Positions 42,139 to 57,705 of a stretch of 64,000 nt of DNA are shown piece after piece. The DNA is from Eledone cirrhosa. Its lineage: Eukaryota. Made by a program: the position numbers and the translations under genes. Position 1 is the first letter of the stretch. The number at the start of each line of letters is the position of its first letter. The stretch covers positions 2,728,001 to 2,792,000 of the forward strand of contig OZ024757.1 in assembly GCA_964016885.1 (NCBI GenBank). The letters run 5' to 3'. Below the pieces are notes generated by a model. That model was not told the origin of the DNA and ran no database searches. It saw only the letters and a program-made list of their open reading frames with translations.

Positions 42139-45100
42139 CTATAACGATCTTATAATAAAGGAATTAAGAAATACAAAATAACAACTAATGACGACCTTGA
42201 AAAATTGAATACAGATGCCTCTTATATAATACATGAATTAGACATTGAAAATAGGACACAACCCTTCATGCCAAGGAAACCTAAAATTAATATGAAGGAC
42301 CACAAAAGGAACTTTGAAACTGAATTACCAGTCAGATTAATTGCACCATCTAAATCGGACCTTGGCATACTTAGCAAGAATATTTTAGACAGAATAATAC
42401 CACAAATTAAGGAATTATCTTATTTAAAATTATGGAAAGGAACTAATGAAGTTATCGAATGGTTTAAGGAAATTAAATATAACTATAATAATAAGTTTAT
42501 TCAATTGGATATTGCTAATTATTACTCATCCATCACTCCTAATCTACTTAATAAAGCACTAACATATGCATTTAAACATACAGACTTAACTAGTAATGAA
42601 ATGCACATTATCTTAACGGCACGGAAAACATTAATTTAATTTAACAACCAACTCTGGACTAGAGCAGATAGAAATAATAATTTCGACATAACTATGGGAT
42701 CATCCGATTCCGCTCAGGTAACGGATCTTGTGGGCCTTTTTATAAATAATTCTCTACATAGAAAAATACCTGAGATGACCGGAGGGTTATATCGTGACGA
42801 CATGCTATTACTTATCGAAAATAATAACTGTGAATTAAATAGGAAAAGAAAAGAAATTATACAATTTTTTAATTACCTTAATCTAAAAGTAGAAATAGAG
42901 AATAAACATAAAATAGTTAATTTTCTAGATGTAACCTTAAATCTTAACACCTGTCTTCATTATCCATTTCACAAACTAAACGAGAACTTAAACTACGTTA
43001 ATTTTAACTCTAATCACCCCAGATCCGTTAAAAATACTATAGTGAATTCTGTACAGCAACGCATTTCTAGAATTTCAGCTAATAGGAATATATTTGATGA
43101 TAAAGCACATCATTACAACGAAGCGTTAGGTCGAGCTGGATATAGAAATAAAATTAAATACATTGATAATAATAATATAACAACTAACCATAATCTTAAC
43201 AATTTTAACAACTATAATAGAAAACCTTAGAATAATTCGGAAAACAAAAACAGAAATAGAACTAGGAATATATTATGGTTTGGTCCTCCTTTCTCATTAA
43301 ATATTAAAACTCCTATTGCTAAACTATTCTTTAAAGCTCTTGACAAATGCTCTCCTAGAACACATAGATATTACTCAATATTTAATAAACATACTATAAA
43401 ATTAACTTATTCATCCACGAAAAATTTAGCGCAGAATATTAATAGAATTAATAATAGAAATTTAAAACCTAACCAAAAACCACTAATAACCCCAGCAATA
43501 TCCAATTTAGTAATACAGCTCAATTTAATAATAGAGCTCCTAGTGACTTAAATTTGGATAAATGTAACTGTAGAAATAAATCTAACTGTCCGTTAAATAA
43601 CAATTGTTTAGCTAAAAATATAGTATATAATTGTAATGTAAGAACTAATTTAAATTCATTTAATTATGTAGGATCTACTTCCACAGATTTTAAATCTTGT
43701 TTTAATAACCATAAATGCTCTTTTACGCATTTAAACAAAAAAATCTTCAACTTCTCTATCTAGCTTATTATGAGACCTTAAATTAAAGAACGTTAAATAT
43801 TCGTTACGTTGGGATATTATTTCAGAAGCTACTCCATTTAACTCCTCTTCCGAAAATTGCGATCTTTGTATAGAAGAAATATTCTTTATATTAAAAAGCA
43901 AAAATTCCCTGAACGTAAGAAGCAATCTTTTCAGTTGCTGCAAACATAGATTAAATTCAACGTTTAAATATAAATTTAAAAGGTAATATATAACTCATCT
44001 TATTAAACCTATCGAAAAATCATTAGATTCCTTCATTTGACTGCTTAAAACTCTCATTATATAAAAAACAAATTTTTCCTAGAAAATTTTTCTAGATAAA
44101 CATACTGAAAGCTCTTAAAAGGGGAAAATATTTTCTTTGAAAGTTTCTCCTATTTTTGAAAGTTTCTCTTTTTGAAAGTTTCTCTTTCTTTTTCTTTGAA
44201 AATTTCTCATATGGTTATAAAAATTAAGTTAAAGATACTGAGAGTTAAATATTATATATAAAACATTTAAATTCATTTTTATACTTAATTTTTAGACATA
44301 TTCTTATTTTAAAATTATATCTTATAATATTTTTTAATATTTTTTAAAATTATATTGCTTTAAAGTTATAATGCTTAAAATTGTATGAATATATTTCCAA
44401 ATCGTAATTCCTTTTAAAACTGTAATTCATTTTTTATTTTTTTTTTATTTTATTTTATATATTATGTACTTTATATTTATCTCTATCTCTCTCTCTATAT
44501 ATATATGTATGATGCATGTCTACAGGTATGTGTATATATATGTGTGTGTATCTATGTAGGGGTTGTGTATATGTATATATACATACAATTCGAATGCACT
44601 CTGTTATAAAGGATTTCTTACGGTTTATGCTAAACAAACTTATATAATAACAGTCACAACTACATAACAGGTGGATTTATTAGATATAAAATTTATAAAA
44701 TTATAACTTACTATTGAATAATATAAGGTTTGTATAATCTTAAATTTCCTTTATTATCTTAACATTTATAACATTTAATATAAGTAAATAACTTAATTTC
44801 CTACACGCTGTTTTGCTATTACATAGAAATGATTTTTCTCCGATTTTTTCTCCGATTTCTCCGGAAAATCTATAAGTTTAGAAAAATTCCCATATCTTAA
44901 ACATAAAAAATCTTTTATTGTATGTATATATATGTAAGTGTATGTATATATATATATATGTATATGTATATATATGTGTGTGTGTGTATATATATGACTA
45001 TATTCTTTTAATAATATATAGATTTTTAATAATATATAGTTTTAATAATATATAGATTTTAATAATATATAGATCTCAATTTTAATGTATAGATCTCAAT

Positions 45101-45708
45101 AATTTAATTGATAATTTAATTGATAAACTAAACATTTAATCATATTTAAACACTGGATAAAATTCTCCAGTTATTATTTATTTATTTTCTATTCACGCTT
45201 ATTTACTCTTGTTTACTCATCCAATAAATATTTATTTTTTCACTTCATCTTAAAGGTTACGCTAATACAACAACCTATCACTTAGGGCTTTCTCTTTCTC
45301 TTTCTCGTTCTTCTTCTCTTTCTCTTTCTCTTTCTCTTGTTTTCTTATTTTCCTCTTAGAGTTTGCTCTTCTTTTTTTCTCTTTTTTTCTCTTTTTCTCT
45401 TTTTTCTCTTTTTCTTTTCTTTCCCTTTTTTTCCATACTTCAACGGCTTATTTTAAATCTACTGTGATTTAAACATATCCGACACTAATTTGCATAATAG
45501 ACTCAATAAATTTAATAACCCCACTATCCGGGAGCTTCCAACAGAAATGGTCGCATTCTCTAAGGGTATGTCAATATTTATTTATAAAACTGATCTATAT
45601 TATATTTTATCTGATGAAAGCACACCATAATTTAACTTGGTGTCCTTGAAATATGTATAATGAAATAAATATGGTTTTATAAATATAGTTTCCATTTGTT
45701 AATATATC

Positions 45709-45710
<2 letters not shown>
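42139..45710 (+). mobile_element. 5'-truncated decayed Naiad-like PLE
   Basis: Broken ORF 42139-43986 (KDHK..RLIAP, LDIANYYSSI, MGSSDSAQ, YRDD, SNHP, WFGPP, CNCR..CPL, YVG); terminal HHR 45603-45667 (CTGATGA..GAAA-tatgta-TA). Confidence 0.9.
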
Positions 45711-45758
<48 letters not shown>

Positions 45759-45760
<2 letters not shown>

Positions 45761-47240
45761 CGAAGGAATTGTGGTAAGGAACCAGATGAACCATAATGCA
45801 CCAGAGTATTCAATACTTAGGGTAGTAGAGTGGGTAATAGGAAAAAGAATGACCCCGACGGCAGAGCTCAAGGCGTTTCGACGGCTATTTCTGGACTAAA
45901 TTAGAATTTTTAGCCTGGTAAATAAAAAGCCGACTTGTCAAGGGGTATTTCCTTATATAGGAAGATTGTAGTTGTCGAGAGGATTGGTCAAAATTTGTTG
46001 TAAACACAAATAAGTCTATCATGGCATTTGGTTGGAGGTAGGGGTGGCTGAACTTGCCCGTAGAACAATGAGGGAGTGAGTGGAGCCGGTCAAGCGTTGA
46101 AAGTGAAATCTATACAGCAGATTCTAAGGATAGTGTATAGAAAGTCGAAAAGTTGTTCTGGAGAAAATGGAGGAGGGAGGTTATAGAATATGTAAGTCAA
46201 ATGAGAGTAGGAGAGAATAAAAAATAATAGAAAGAAATATAAAAAAAATATATATAAAATTAGATAGTGAGAAATGAATAAAAAAACAAAAACAGTAGAG
46301 TCTAGAAACAGCTGCTCTAATTAGTAGGCGTTGCTTGTACGGCCAAAGCTATAGAAAAGGTTAATAAGTTGAGAATGGAAAATATTAAATAAGAAATTGT
46401 AGAAGTGGGTAGTGAAAAAATATAATGCAAACTTTTCAGGGGTCTAACACAGCTGCTATAAATAGTTAGTAAAGCGTATTCCGCCAATGCTATCTTACAA
46501 TTACAGGTTAATAAGTTGAGAATAGAAAAGAATTGTAGAAATGGAGTAGTAACAAAAATGATACAAAATTAAAGGGGTCTAGCACATCTGCTATAAATGG
46601 TTAGTAAAGCGTATTCGGCCAATTCTATCTTAAAATTACAGGGGTAGGGCTACTGAGGCTACAGAGGTCCGATGGGCTGCATCGGGGTAGGCGAAAGGGG
46701 AAAACAGACAACGAAGAAGATCGGGGGTGGAAGGAAGTGATAGCATGAGACAGGGCGAAGAAGAAAACATAGAGGAAAAGAAAGAGGTACATCTACCTAT
46801 ATAAGCTGGGGTTTCCCCTAACTTATTCGAACTTACATCGTTCTCAAACCCCATAACGACGCGGGTGGGTAGACAAGGGCTGATACCCCCCACTTGCCGA
46901 ATAAGTTAGGGGACCCCAGCTTACATAGGTAGATGTACCTCTTTTCTTTTCCTATATGTTTTCTTCATCCCCCTGTCTCATCCTATCACTTCCTTCCACC
47001 TCCGATCTTCTTCCTCGTCTGTATTTCCCCTTTCGCCTACCCCGATGCAGCCCATCGGGCCTCTGTAGCCTCATTACCCCAACCCCTGTAATTTTAAGAC
47101 AGAATTGGCCGAATACGCTTTACTAACCATTTATAGCAGATGTGTTAGACCCCTGAAATTTTGTATCATTTTTGTTACTACTCCAATTCTACAATTTCAA
47201 AATTTCTTATTTAGTATTTTCTATTCTCAACTTATTAACT
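45759..47240 (-). mobile_element. Non-coding HHR element with 5' inversion; family member at 60699-62177
   Basis: HHR 45852-45946 (-): acccc-TTGACAA-gtcggct..agccgtc-GAAA-cgcc ttgagctct gccg-TC-ggggt; 46895-47240 is an inverted duplicate of internal sequence. Confidence 0.8.
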
Positions 47241-47242
47241 TG

Positions 47243-47855
47243 TACATACATATATGTGTACAGACGTACAGTAGTATATATATATATAAATACCTGCACA
47301 CATATATATATATATAAGTATGGCTTTATCGAACATTTAGTATAATGTATGTACGTGTACATACTTATATTTAGGTATCAGCCGTACTAAGAGTGAGAAA
47401 TGAAATTTCATTTCATTCTTTTCCATTTATCGTTTTCGGTGCGCCCGGCCGACTAACTCACTCGATATGCAAATTAGGCTGCTCAGCAGTTAATATGCAT
47501 AAGGAAAGTATATACTTTCAAACGTTCAATCATCTGACAGAAAGGTATACGATGCTGACGATAGCTAATAAGCTTGAAACTAGTACATCGTTCCTGTGTC
47601 AGTGTTGAACAAAAGCGCGACGATGGTTGCCGAGCACTGTACGGCGTAATTCGGGCTGTTTGTTTACATACAAACCGAACATTATAATAAATGTTCGGTA
47701 AACCCATACGTACATATATATATGTGTGAATGTATGTATATATATATATACATACTACTGTACGTCTGTACACATATATGTATGTACGTGTACATACTTA
47801 TATTTAAGTATCAGCCGTAGTAAGAGAGAGAAATGAAATTTCGTTTCATTTTTTT

Positions 47856-47858
<3 letters not shown>
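47243..47858 (+). mobile_element. HHR element, about 433-nt monomer with terminal redundancy and 5' inverted piece
   Basis: 47347-47425 repeats at 47780-47858; HHR 47550-47590: cgatg-CTGACGA-tagct aata agctt-GAAA-ctag-TA-catcg. Confidence 0.8.
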
Positions 47859-47891
<33 letters not shown>

Positions 47892-48015
47892 ATGTATATA
47901 TAATGTATTTTGCAATACACTTTATGCTTAATTAAAAGCATTTTGAAGACCGTATGCTATTGTTTTAGAGTAGTGACAAATTCACTTACTTTAATCTCAG
48001 CAAACAGGGGAGATA

Positions 48016-48060
48016 AGCCGACAAGGCCTTGTTTCGCTTTTGTTGAAGCTTATCAAGGCT
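48016..48060 (-). ncRNA. Compact HHR with U3-A8 core
   Basis: agcc-TTGATAA-gctt caacaa aagc-GAAA-caaggccttg-TC-ggct; all three stems intact. Confidence 0.88.
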
Positions 48061-48179
48061 AACTACTCCCTCCTGTCTACCGAGATTACTGATGTTATAT
48101 TCTTATAGAATTCTAGTAAATAATCAGGATGGGCTCGACACGTCGCCCGGTTCACCGATAATCGGTGAACCCGCGCAGC

Positions 48180-48567
<388 letters not shown>

Positions 48568-48587
48568 CATATATATATATATACATA

Positions 48588-48646
<59 letters not shown>

Positions 48647-49988
48647 GCAAAACGGATATTTAATTTTATAACTGATATATGTTTATAACTGATTCGAAGC
48701 ACTCGACAAGTTTTCTGGAGTATAATATTCAATTATATTAATTTAAAAACAGAATTATTTTCTTCTTGGAGACATCGCCAAAATTCCACTTTCCGAAGTA
48801 TTTTTAATCTATGATATTCATTACACTTTAAAATGATTCTATTATTTACTGAGTTTTTCTTTAAAAATTAAAAAAACTTTTTAATGATCTTCCTTCTTAA
48901 ATTTAGTATTTTTACCATTTGATATTCTTTTCCTAATGTATTTCTTAATCTATTTTTTAGATGAAGATTGATAATCTTTAATTGATATTCTGAAAGATAT
49001 CCTCTTTACGATAGTTCTTCTAAATGCACTCTTGACTTATCTAATAATACATTTTTTCCTCTTTTTAATCTTCAAACTTTTCACACATCTTTCGACGTAA
49101 ATAATGTAATTGAAATTCTCATCCTTGAAAACATGTAATATAAAATACCTTATAATCTCACACAAAATAATATATAATTTTCTCTACATACTTTCTAAGT
49201 AAATCATTCATCAAATTTAATGGTTAGCAAATAATATTGGAGTTATCTTTTCCTTTACAATTGAGCAAACATAGACATAATAACTTGTATGATAAATTAT
49301 GTAATTTCGCTAAATTAACAATATTCTGAAAACATTTTCAATGTTGGAACAAAATATTTGAATCTACAAATTATTCCGCTCTTACAACTTGAACTACGTC
49401 TTTTTCTTCAATATATATGTAAAATGTAAAATCAACATCCTTTGTAACTCATATGAGAATTATAAACAATTAATACGTGTGTTTTATATCTATAAAATCA
49501 CCAATAATACTTATACTTGCACAATTTTTAATCTATATAGATATTTATATACTTACAACCTGTTGTAATGTAATAAGGTAAAATGTACTTACAACCATAA
49601 TTTTTCATATAATCTAATTGATTATATATATAATATTATAACTCATAATATAGCTAAGCAAATTTTTATATTCTGGAATCATATTCCACCATTCCTACAA
49701 ACTGTTAATTCTTTTTAAATTCACGTAAATACAAGCTTTTCTTTCTTTCCCTTTCTTCTTCCTACACATACATACATATATCCTAATAATTATTTAAATC
49801 TATCTAGCGTCTAAAAATAACGTTTTTTTCAGCCCTATACCTCAACCTCATTTGCATACTCATCTTAATAATTTGAAATATTTGACTTTTCTTCTCTTTC
49901 CTTTCTTTCCTTTTATTACCCAGGAAAAACTTGAACCGTTAAGATCTTCTTCCTGGATATGTCAATAATATTTATAAAACAAACTTTG

Positions 49989-50049
49989 TATTTTATCTGA
50001 TGAGAGCGTACCAAAGTTTTGGTACCCTTGAAATATATATAATAGAATA
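49989..50049 (+). ncRNA. Type I HHR ending a PLE-like 3' region (about 48645-50092)
   Basis: tattttat-CTGATGA-gagcgtacca..tggtaccctt-GAAA-tatata-TA-atagaata; upstream sequence is homologous to 37380-37510 reversed. Confidence 0.85.
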
Positions 50050-50089
50050 AATATGGTTTTATAAATATAGTTTCCATTTATTTAATATC

Positions 50090-50136
<47 letters not shown>

Positions 50137-50142
<6 letters not shown>

Positions 50143-51538
50143 AAATAAAATAAATAAGTCAAATGTTTAAAATTTGGCTTCGTTTATTACTGCTATATAT
50201 ATTTCGGTGACAGCCATCTTTGGCTGTGACCTCTTCAGGCAGTCCAAATTAGTGTGGTAGAGACGAGTACACATATTGTTGAGGTGTATAACTTTGTCAA
50301 TACTCTGATACGCCCAAATAAATAATAAATAGAGAATAAATGAAAAATTAATGAAAAAGTAATGAAAAAGTAATGAAAAATGAATATGGAAATTGAAAAA
50401 TGAAAATGAAAAGAGAAAAATAAAAATGAAGATTCAAATAAAATAAGATAAAATGTGTGTGTACTATAACCAATCTCAAAGTCAGAAATATGTTGGATAA
50501 AGTGGTAGGTGGAACAAGATGGTAAAAGAATAAAACGAAATAGGATAATCAAATAAAATGTGTGTGTGTTATAACCAATCTCAACTTAAATATAAATATA
50601 AGGTGATTCATTTTTCATGACTTTTTCATGACTTTTTCATTAATTTTTCATTTATTCTCTATTTATTATTTATTTTCTGTTTTCTTCATTTTATTGCCTT
50701 CTATTTCTTCATATACATGGCAGAACCCCACCACACCCCACCCCACCCACCCCACCCCCACCACCACCACGGGAGATGGTGGCAGAAGGGATGAAGAAAC
50801 ACACACACAAATACTTCTAAATTGTCAGCAGCAGCAAGACATAATGGTCTTGACCACAACACCAACAACACTACCAAAATAAGGGTAGAGGTCAGATGTA
50901 CTTAACAATAGCAAACACAAACACTACAAGGAGCCTCACCCCAGAAAGAATTTCTATAGACTTTGGAATGCTCTCAAAACTGACCGATGGGAAGAGTGAC
51001 CTTACAAATCTTTATAACATTGAGATGGGTATAACACACACACACACATTTTATTCGATTATTTTATTTTACTTTGTTCCTTTACCATCTTATTCCTTCT
51101 ACCACTTTATCACTTTTTTTTTAGCTGACTTCAACTACAACACCACTACCAACATAAGAATAGAGGTCAGATGTACCTAACAATAACAAGAACAACAACT
51201 ACAGATTGGCTTGCCTCAGAACGAATTTCTATAGACTTTTGACTGAGGAATGTTCTAACAACTGACCAATGAGAGGAGAAGAGGCCCTTTGACGCTGAAA
51301 TTCGTTTGTTTAAATTCATATGATTCCAGTTCCTCAGTGAAATAACAACCCAACCAAGAACTGGGCATATCAGAGAATTGACAAAGTTATACACCTCAAC
51401 ACCATGTGTACTCGTCTCTACCACACTAATTCGGACTGCCTGAAGAGGTCACAGCCAAAGATGGCTGTCACCGAAATATATATAGCAGTAATAAACGAAG
51501 CCAAATTTTAAACATTTGACTTATTTATTTTATTTTAC
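50137..51538. mobile_element. 1.4-kb non-coding element with inverted HHR-bearing termini
   Basis: About 50145-50315 is the reverse complement of about 51365-51537; each arm has an intact HHR. Confidence 0.85.
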
Positions 51539-51680
51539 ATTACTCCGGAATAACCAAACCAACCTGCGCACTTCGTCGAGTGCTCCAATCTGCATACTGA
51601 GGTGTGGTATACAACCAACATATACTAAAAAAACAAATATGTATATATATACATATATATATATACATATATATATATAC

Positions 51681-51760
<80 letters not shown>

Positions 51761-51801
51761 TCATGTATATATGTATGCATATATACTCATGTATATATGT
51801 A

Positions 51802-51849
<48 letters not shown>

Positions 51850-52201
51850 AATATAAATTAGCGAGAATCGTATTTCAGCTCAGGAATTAGCGAAAATCAA
51901 CGTCCGATATGTGTGGCAAGCGCTCGATGATTCATGTGAATCAGAGCTACAACATACGTTAAGGGCCCAACACACTGAGATGATGGTTAAACATATCATC
52001 CGCACAGCCAAAACAAACCACCAAGTAATTCGGGTGAAACAATAAAAATATATGTGTTGATAATTTGCCCGGACCCTGGACAGATGGTAAAATCCAGTAT
52101 TGGTTTCTGCGACTCCAAAATCAGGTACTGTCCACCTACGAAATATGGATATATATATACACTTATATATATATATATGCATGCTTGTATACATGTGTAT
52201 T

Positions 52202-52345
<144 letters not shown>

Positions 52346-52397
52346 TATAAATACACATGTATACAAGCATGTATATATATGTGTATATATATATCCA

Positions 52398-53140
52398 TAT
52401 TTCGTTTCTGAATTTGTTTAGCAAGATTCTTTATCTGAAAACGTGTGTTGAAACCGATATTGTTATACTTTGGGAGGGTCATGTTGCCAATAAGAAACAC
52501 ATGCACCAATTGCTTTCACTTCAATTTATTATAAATTAAATTTATAAATTTAGGAATTTATAAATTTCCGGTTGGTTGGTTCCACAACCAGACGATTGTT
52601 TATATATTGTCAAAGTTCTTTCGTCACACATTCTGTGACTGGGGATTCTTTTCTTTGTTTTTGTGCCTCTCCTTTGTTCTGTCCTACGCCAACTTGTTTC
52701 TGTGTGTATTGTGTGCTTAGTTTGCGCATGTGTTACATCCGGGTGTCTGTGTGTGTTTATATTTGGTTATTTATTTGTTTATTTACATGTTACTGGTTGG
52801 TTGTTTGTTCTATGTGTGTCTGTGTTTTCATTTTGTCCTTAATTGTAAGTTTGTCTTAATTTCATTTTGTCCTTAAGCGTTACGTCTAGCCGATTTTCCC
52901 GATATTTCAAGGCATATTATGCTCATTAAAAAATTCATTTTGATGATCCTCTAGGGCCCGCATTAGGTGAAAATCTGCCTTTTTCCTGCTTCATCGAGGA
53001 AAATCTTAGATTATCCAGCCATCAGACTATTCGGTTTATTTTACATATTGTCCAGGCATGCAGTTTTTCCACGATTAGGTCTGTTGGCGGCCCGCGTTCC
53101 AAAATACCTTATCCCGTGCAACGCCGGGTACCACTGCTAG
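52398..53140 (+). mobile_element. Non-coding insert in (TA)n, related to the fold-back at 59424-59775
   Basis: Shared attgttatactttgggagggtcatgttgccaataagaaacac..ttccggttggttggttccacaacca; only a degenerate HHR-like motif near 52940-52975. Confidence 0.65.
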
Positions 53141-53268
53141 TATATATATATATATAAATACTATATATATATGTGTGTGTGTGTATATATGCATATATAT
53201 ATACAATATATAAATATATATACATGCATATATAAACATACACTAATGTATATATATATAAATCTATT

Positions 53269-53311
<43 letters not shown>

Positions 53312-53320
53312 GCATACATT

Positions 53321-53433
<113 letters not shown>

Positions 53434-53719
53434 TAGGTTCCTATCTATTATCTATATATATAATATAGATATAAAAATATAGTTATAGTGATAACAATCT
53501 GCCATGGAAGATGCTTTAAGTGATCAGTAATAGAAATATCGTTAAAACGAAGGAGAAGAAAAAACCAGCGTTGTTGTGATATAAATGAAACTCTCAGCCA
53601 TCCGCCATTACTGCTTCAACAGATATAATAGGATTTCGTAAAATCACTTAATTATATACTGGGATGTATATATATATAATATATGTGTTTGAATATATAT
53701 ATATATATATATATGTATC

Positions 53720-53750
<31 letters not shown>

Positions 53751-54054
53751 GTATGTATATTTATATATATGTATATATATGTATATATGTATATGTGTAT
53801 ATATGGTTATATGGATATATATTTATGAAAATATGTATATATATATGTATGTCTCTATGTATATTTATATGTATATATATATATGTATATGTATATATAT
53901 AAATATATGTATATGTATATATACATATGTATGTATAAGTATATATATATATATGTATATATATATGTATATATATTTATGTATATATATATGTCTGTAT
54001 CTATATGTATATATATATACATATGTATATACACACATATATATATACATATAC

Positions 54055-54100
<46 letters not shown>

Positions 54101-54283
54101 GTATATATATACACATAATATATATAAACAATGTATATGTATATAATATGAGTATATATACTATATCACTACTCTCATCATATATATATATACATATGTC
54201 ATATATATATATACTCTATACTATTATATTCTATCACTACTACTAGATTATATATAACATATGTATATATATACACATATTTG

Positions 54284-54315
<32 letters not shown>

Positions 54316-54490
54316 CAAATGTATATATATGTATATATATATATACATATGTATATATATACATATATACATATGTATATATATACACATATATATATAC
54401 ACATGTATATGTATATATATGCATATGTATATATAAAGTATATATAATACTATCTATATATAATATATATATATATAATATATATAATAT

Positions 54491-54521
<31 letters not shown>

Positions 54522-54649
54522 GTACATATACATACATATTGTATAATTATATATATACATGTATATATATATGAATATATATATATATATGTATATACAC
54601 ATATGTATATATATATACATATGTGTATATAAACATATATATATATCTT

Positions 54650-54709
<60 letters not shown>

Positions 54710-55104
54710 AAAGGGAGAGCGAGAGCGAGAGAGATATTTTTAAAATGGAGGGAATTGACGAAGTCTCCGCCATTTTTAAACTAACAACCTAAGTGCAGAC
54801 GATAGAATACAGGAAAAAAATGTTTCCTCTTGTTTTATTTTTTATTGTAGTCTGTTAGTAAAATATTTTTCTTTGCCTGAAATTTCAGGAAGAAAATCTC
54901 CGATGTTATCAGCTTTCGTCTTGGAATTACTTAAGGCAATCTTAGAATTTATCTTCAAATGTGTTTTTAAGTTTAACTTTTCCGTAAACAAACGTTACAA
55001 TCTTAAAGCTTTCACTTTCAAATTCGTGGACATTTTTTTTTTTGAGTAAATTTCTTCTTATCTTTCTTCTTATTTCGTTTTTATTCAGACATTTTCACAA
55101 AACA

Positions 55105-55141
<37 letters not shown>

Positions 55142-55487
55142 TTCTCCCTCTTCTCTCCCTCTCTCTCTCCCTCTCTCCCCCTCTCTCCCCCTCTCACCCT
55201 CTCGGTACCTCTTTCTCCTTCCCCTCTCTCTGTATCCCACTAACTCTCTGTCTCTCTATACACGCACACACACACACACATACACACGCATATATATATA
55301 CATCTATCTATATATATCTAATCTATCTGCCTCTCTTTCTCTGTATATATATATATATATATATGTATGTATATATATATACATACTACTGTACGTCTGT
55401 ATACATATATGTATGTACGTGTACATACTTATATTTAAGTAACAGCCGTACTAAGAGTGGGAAATGAAATTTCGTTTCATTTTTTCC

Positions 55488-55539
<52 letters not shown>

Positions 55540-56618
55540 TTCGGATTTATTTGTGACTAATCCCGGTATTTAAAAAAAAAAAGACCGCGATAATATTGCT
55601 TTTTGCTGAACTCCTTATTGTAGAGTTTTTTTCGGAATGTTTTTGACCGTTGTTTCATGTAAACAAACATTTGTCTCATTCTGACGTCACCAGCCCTGTT
55701 TTTCCACATGTGCGTTTTATTTTCATAATCACGCATGATGTTAAACTAGCCTGCTTTTAAATTCCCTTTTTGGCATATTAATCAGTGAGACCTTCCTTGG
55801 TTACCATGTTGAGCTCTGCTGATTAACGAAATCCAACCTTGACCATCCCACTGAAAGTTTACGTGAAATAGTCTTTTCAAGACTATACAGAGCATTTGAA
55901 GTTGTCCCAAATTGAAGGATGGTTACTTTAGACTTTGTTTTATCATGAGTTAAGACTCTATTGATTTTTCCCTGGATTTCTTTAAATTCTGTTTGAATTG
56001 AGTTTGAATTATTTTTCCCATATCTTATGTTAACTACTTTCCTATTTTGACGCTATAGTCACTTATATATTATGGAATACTGTTAGCTTCTCGCTACAAC
56101 AATTTCTATACTTTTCATTTATATATATAAATATATATATATACATATATATATATATACACACACATACATGTATATGTGCGTCTCTCTCTTTCCCTCT
56201 CTCTCTCCCTCTCCTCCTCTTTCTCCCCCCCCCCCCTCTCCCTCTCTCCCACTCCCCTCTTTCCCCCTCCTTCCCACTCCCTCTCCATCCTCTCCAAAGT
56301 AATACATATTTCCCACCGTGGCTATTCACAATATTTTGCCACAAATGTAATTGTCTGTCGACGCCATTTATTCGTCACAATCAAAATTTGAAAATAGTTA
56401 TTTTGATAAAAAAGAAGAAGTATTTTCCGCCTCCTTTAAGAAGAGCGACACTCAGATAATACAATTATGTTATTTCCCTTCGGCAGTAAAATGATTCTAA
56501 GGGAAATAAATAACTCATAGATCAAAAATAGTAAGTAGATATCAAAGTTTGCCTTTCTCTAAAACATAAACATCTCTCCACCGAGACATTTTTAGAGAAT
56601 AAAATACTATGAATCCAT

Positions 56619-57705
56619 ACCACCACCACCACCACTACACCACCACCACCACTACACCACCACCAGCAACACCACCACCACCAACACCACCACCACCAAC
56701 ACCACCACTACCACCACTACCAACACCACCACCACCAACACCACCACCACTACACCACCACCACCAACACCACCACCGCTACACGCCCCCACACCACCAC
56801 CACCACCACCACCAGCACCACCAATGAAGTTAACTCGGTGTCTTGGAGCAGTTTTATGTTGAGGGACTGTAACTAAATTATGAACGTAATTAATAAATAG
56901 TAATTAGAGGCTGGAGGTGGGTGGGGTGTGTGTGTGTGTAGAGGTGCTGCTGTAGTGGTGGTGGTGTTGGTTTAATGGTGGTGGTGGTGGTGTAGTGGTG
57001 GTGGTGGTGGTGTAGTGGTAGTGGTGGTGGTGTAGTGGTGGTTGTGGTGGTGTAGTGGTGGTGCTGTAGTGGTAGTGTTGTAGTGGTGGTGTACTGGTGG
57101 TGGTGGTGGTGTAGTGGTGATGGTGGTGGTGTAGTGGTGGTAGTGGTGGTGTAGTGGTGGTGTAGTGGTAGTGGTGGTGGTGGTGGTGGTGGAGTGGTGG
57201 TGGTGGTGGTGTAGTGGTGGCAATGTGGTGTAGTGGTGGTGGTGGTGGTGGTGGAGGTAGTAGTGGTGGAGCTGATGGTGGTGGTGGTGGTGGTGTAGTG
57301 GTGGTGTCGGTGGTGTAATAGTGGTGGTGTAGTGGTGGTGGTGGTGTCGGTGGTGGAGGTGGTGTAGTGGTGGTGGTGTTGGTGATGGTGGTGGTGTAGT
57401 GGTGGTGGTGGTGTAGTGGTTGTGGTGGTGCTGTTGGTGTTGGTGGTGGAAGTGGTGTAGTGTTGGTGGTGGTGTTGGTGGCGCTGGTGGTCTAGCGGTT
57501 GCGGTGGTGGAGGTGGTGGTGTAGTGGTGGTGGTGATGGTGGTGGTGGTGGTGGTGGTGGTGTGGTGGTGCTGGTAGTGGTGGGGGTAGTGGTGGTGTTA
57601 GTGGTGATGGTGGTGGTGGTGGTGGTGTAGTGGTGGTTGTATTGGTGTAGTGTTGTTGGTGGTTGTGGTTGTGGTGGCGGTGTAGTGGTGGTGATGGTGC
57701 TGGTG
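56619..57705. repeat. Convergent (CCA)n and (GGT)n arrays
   Basis: (CCA)n at 56619-56823, spacer of about 115 bp, (GGT)n at 56940-57705. Confidence 0.9.
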
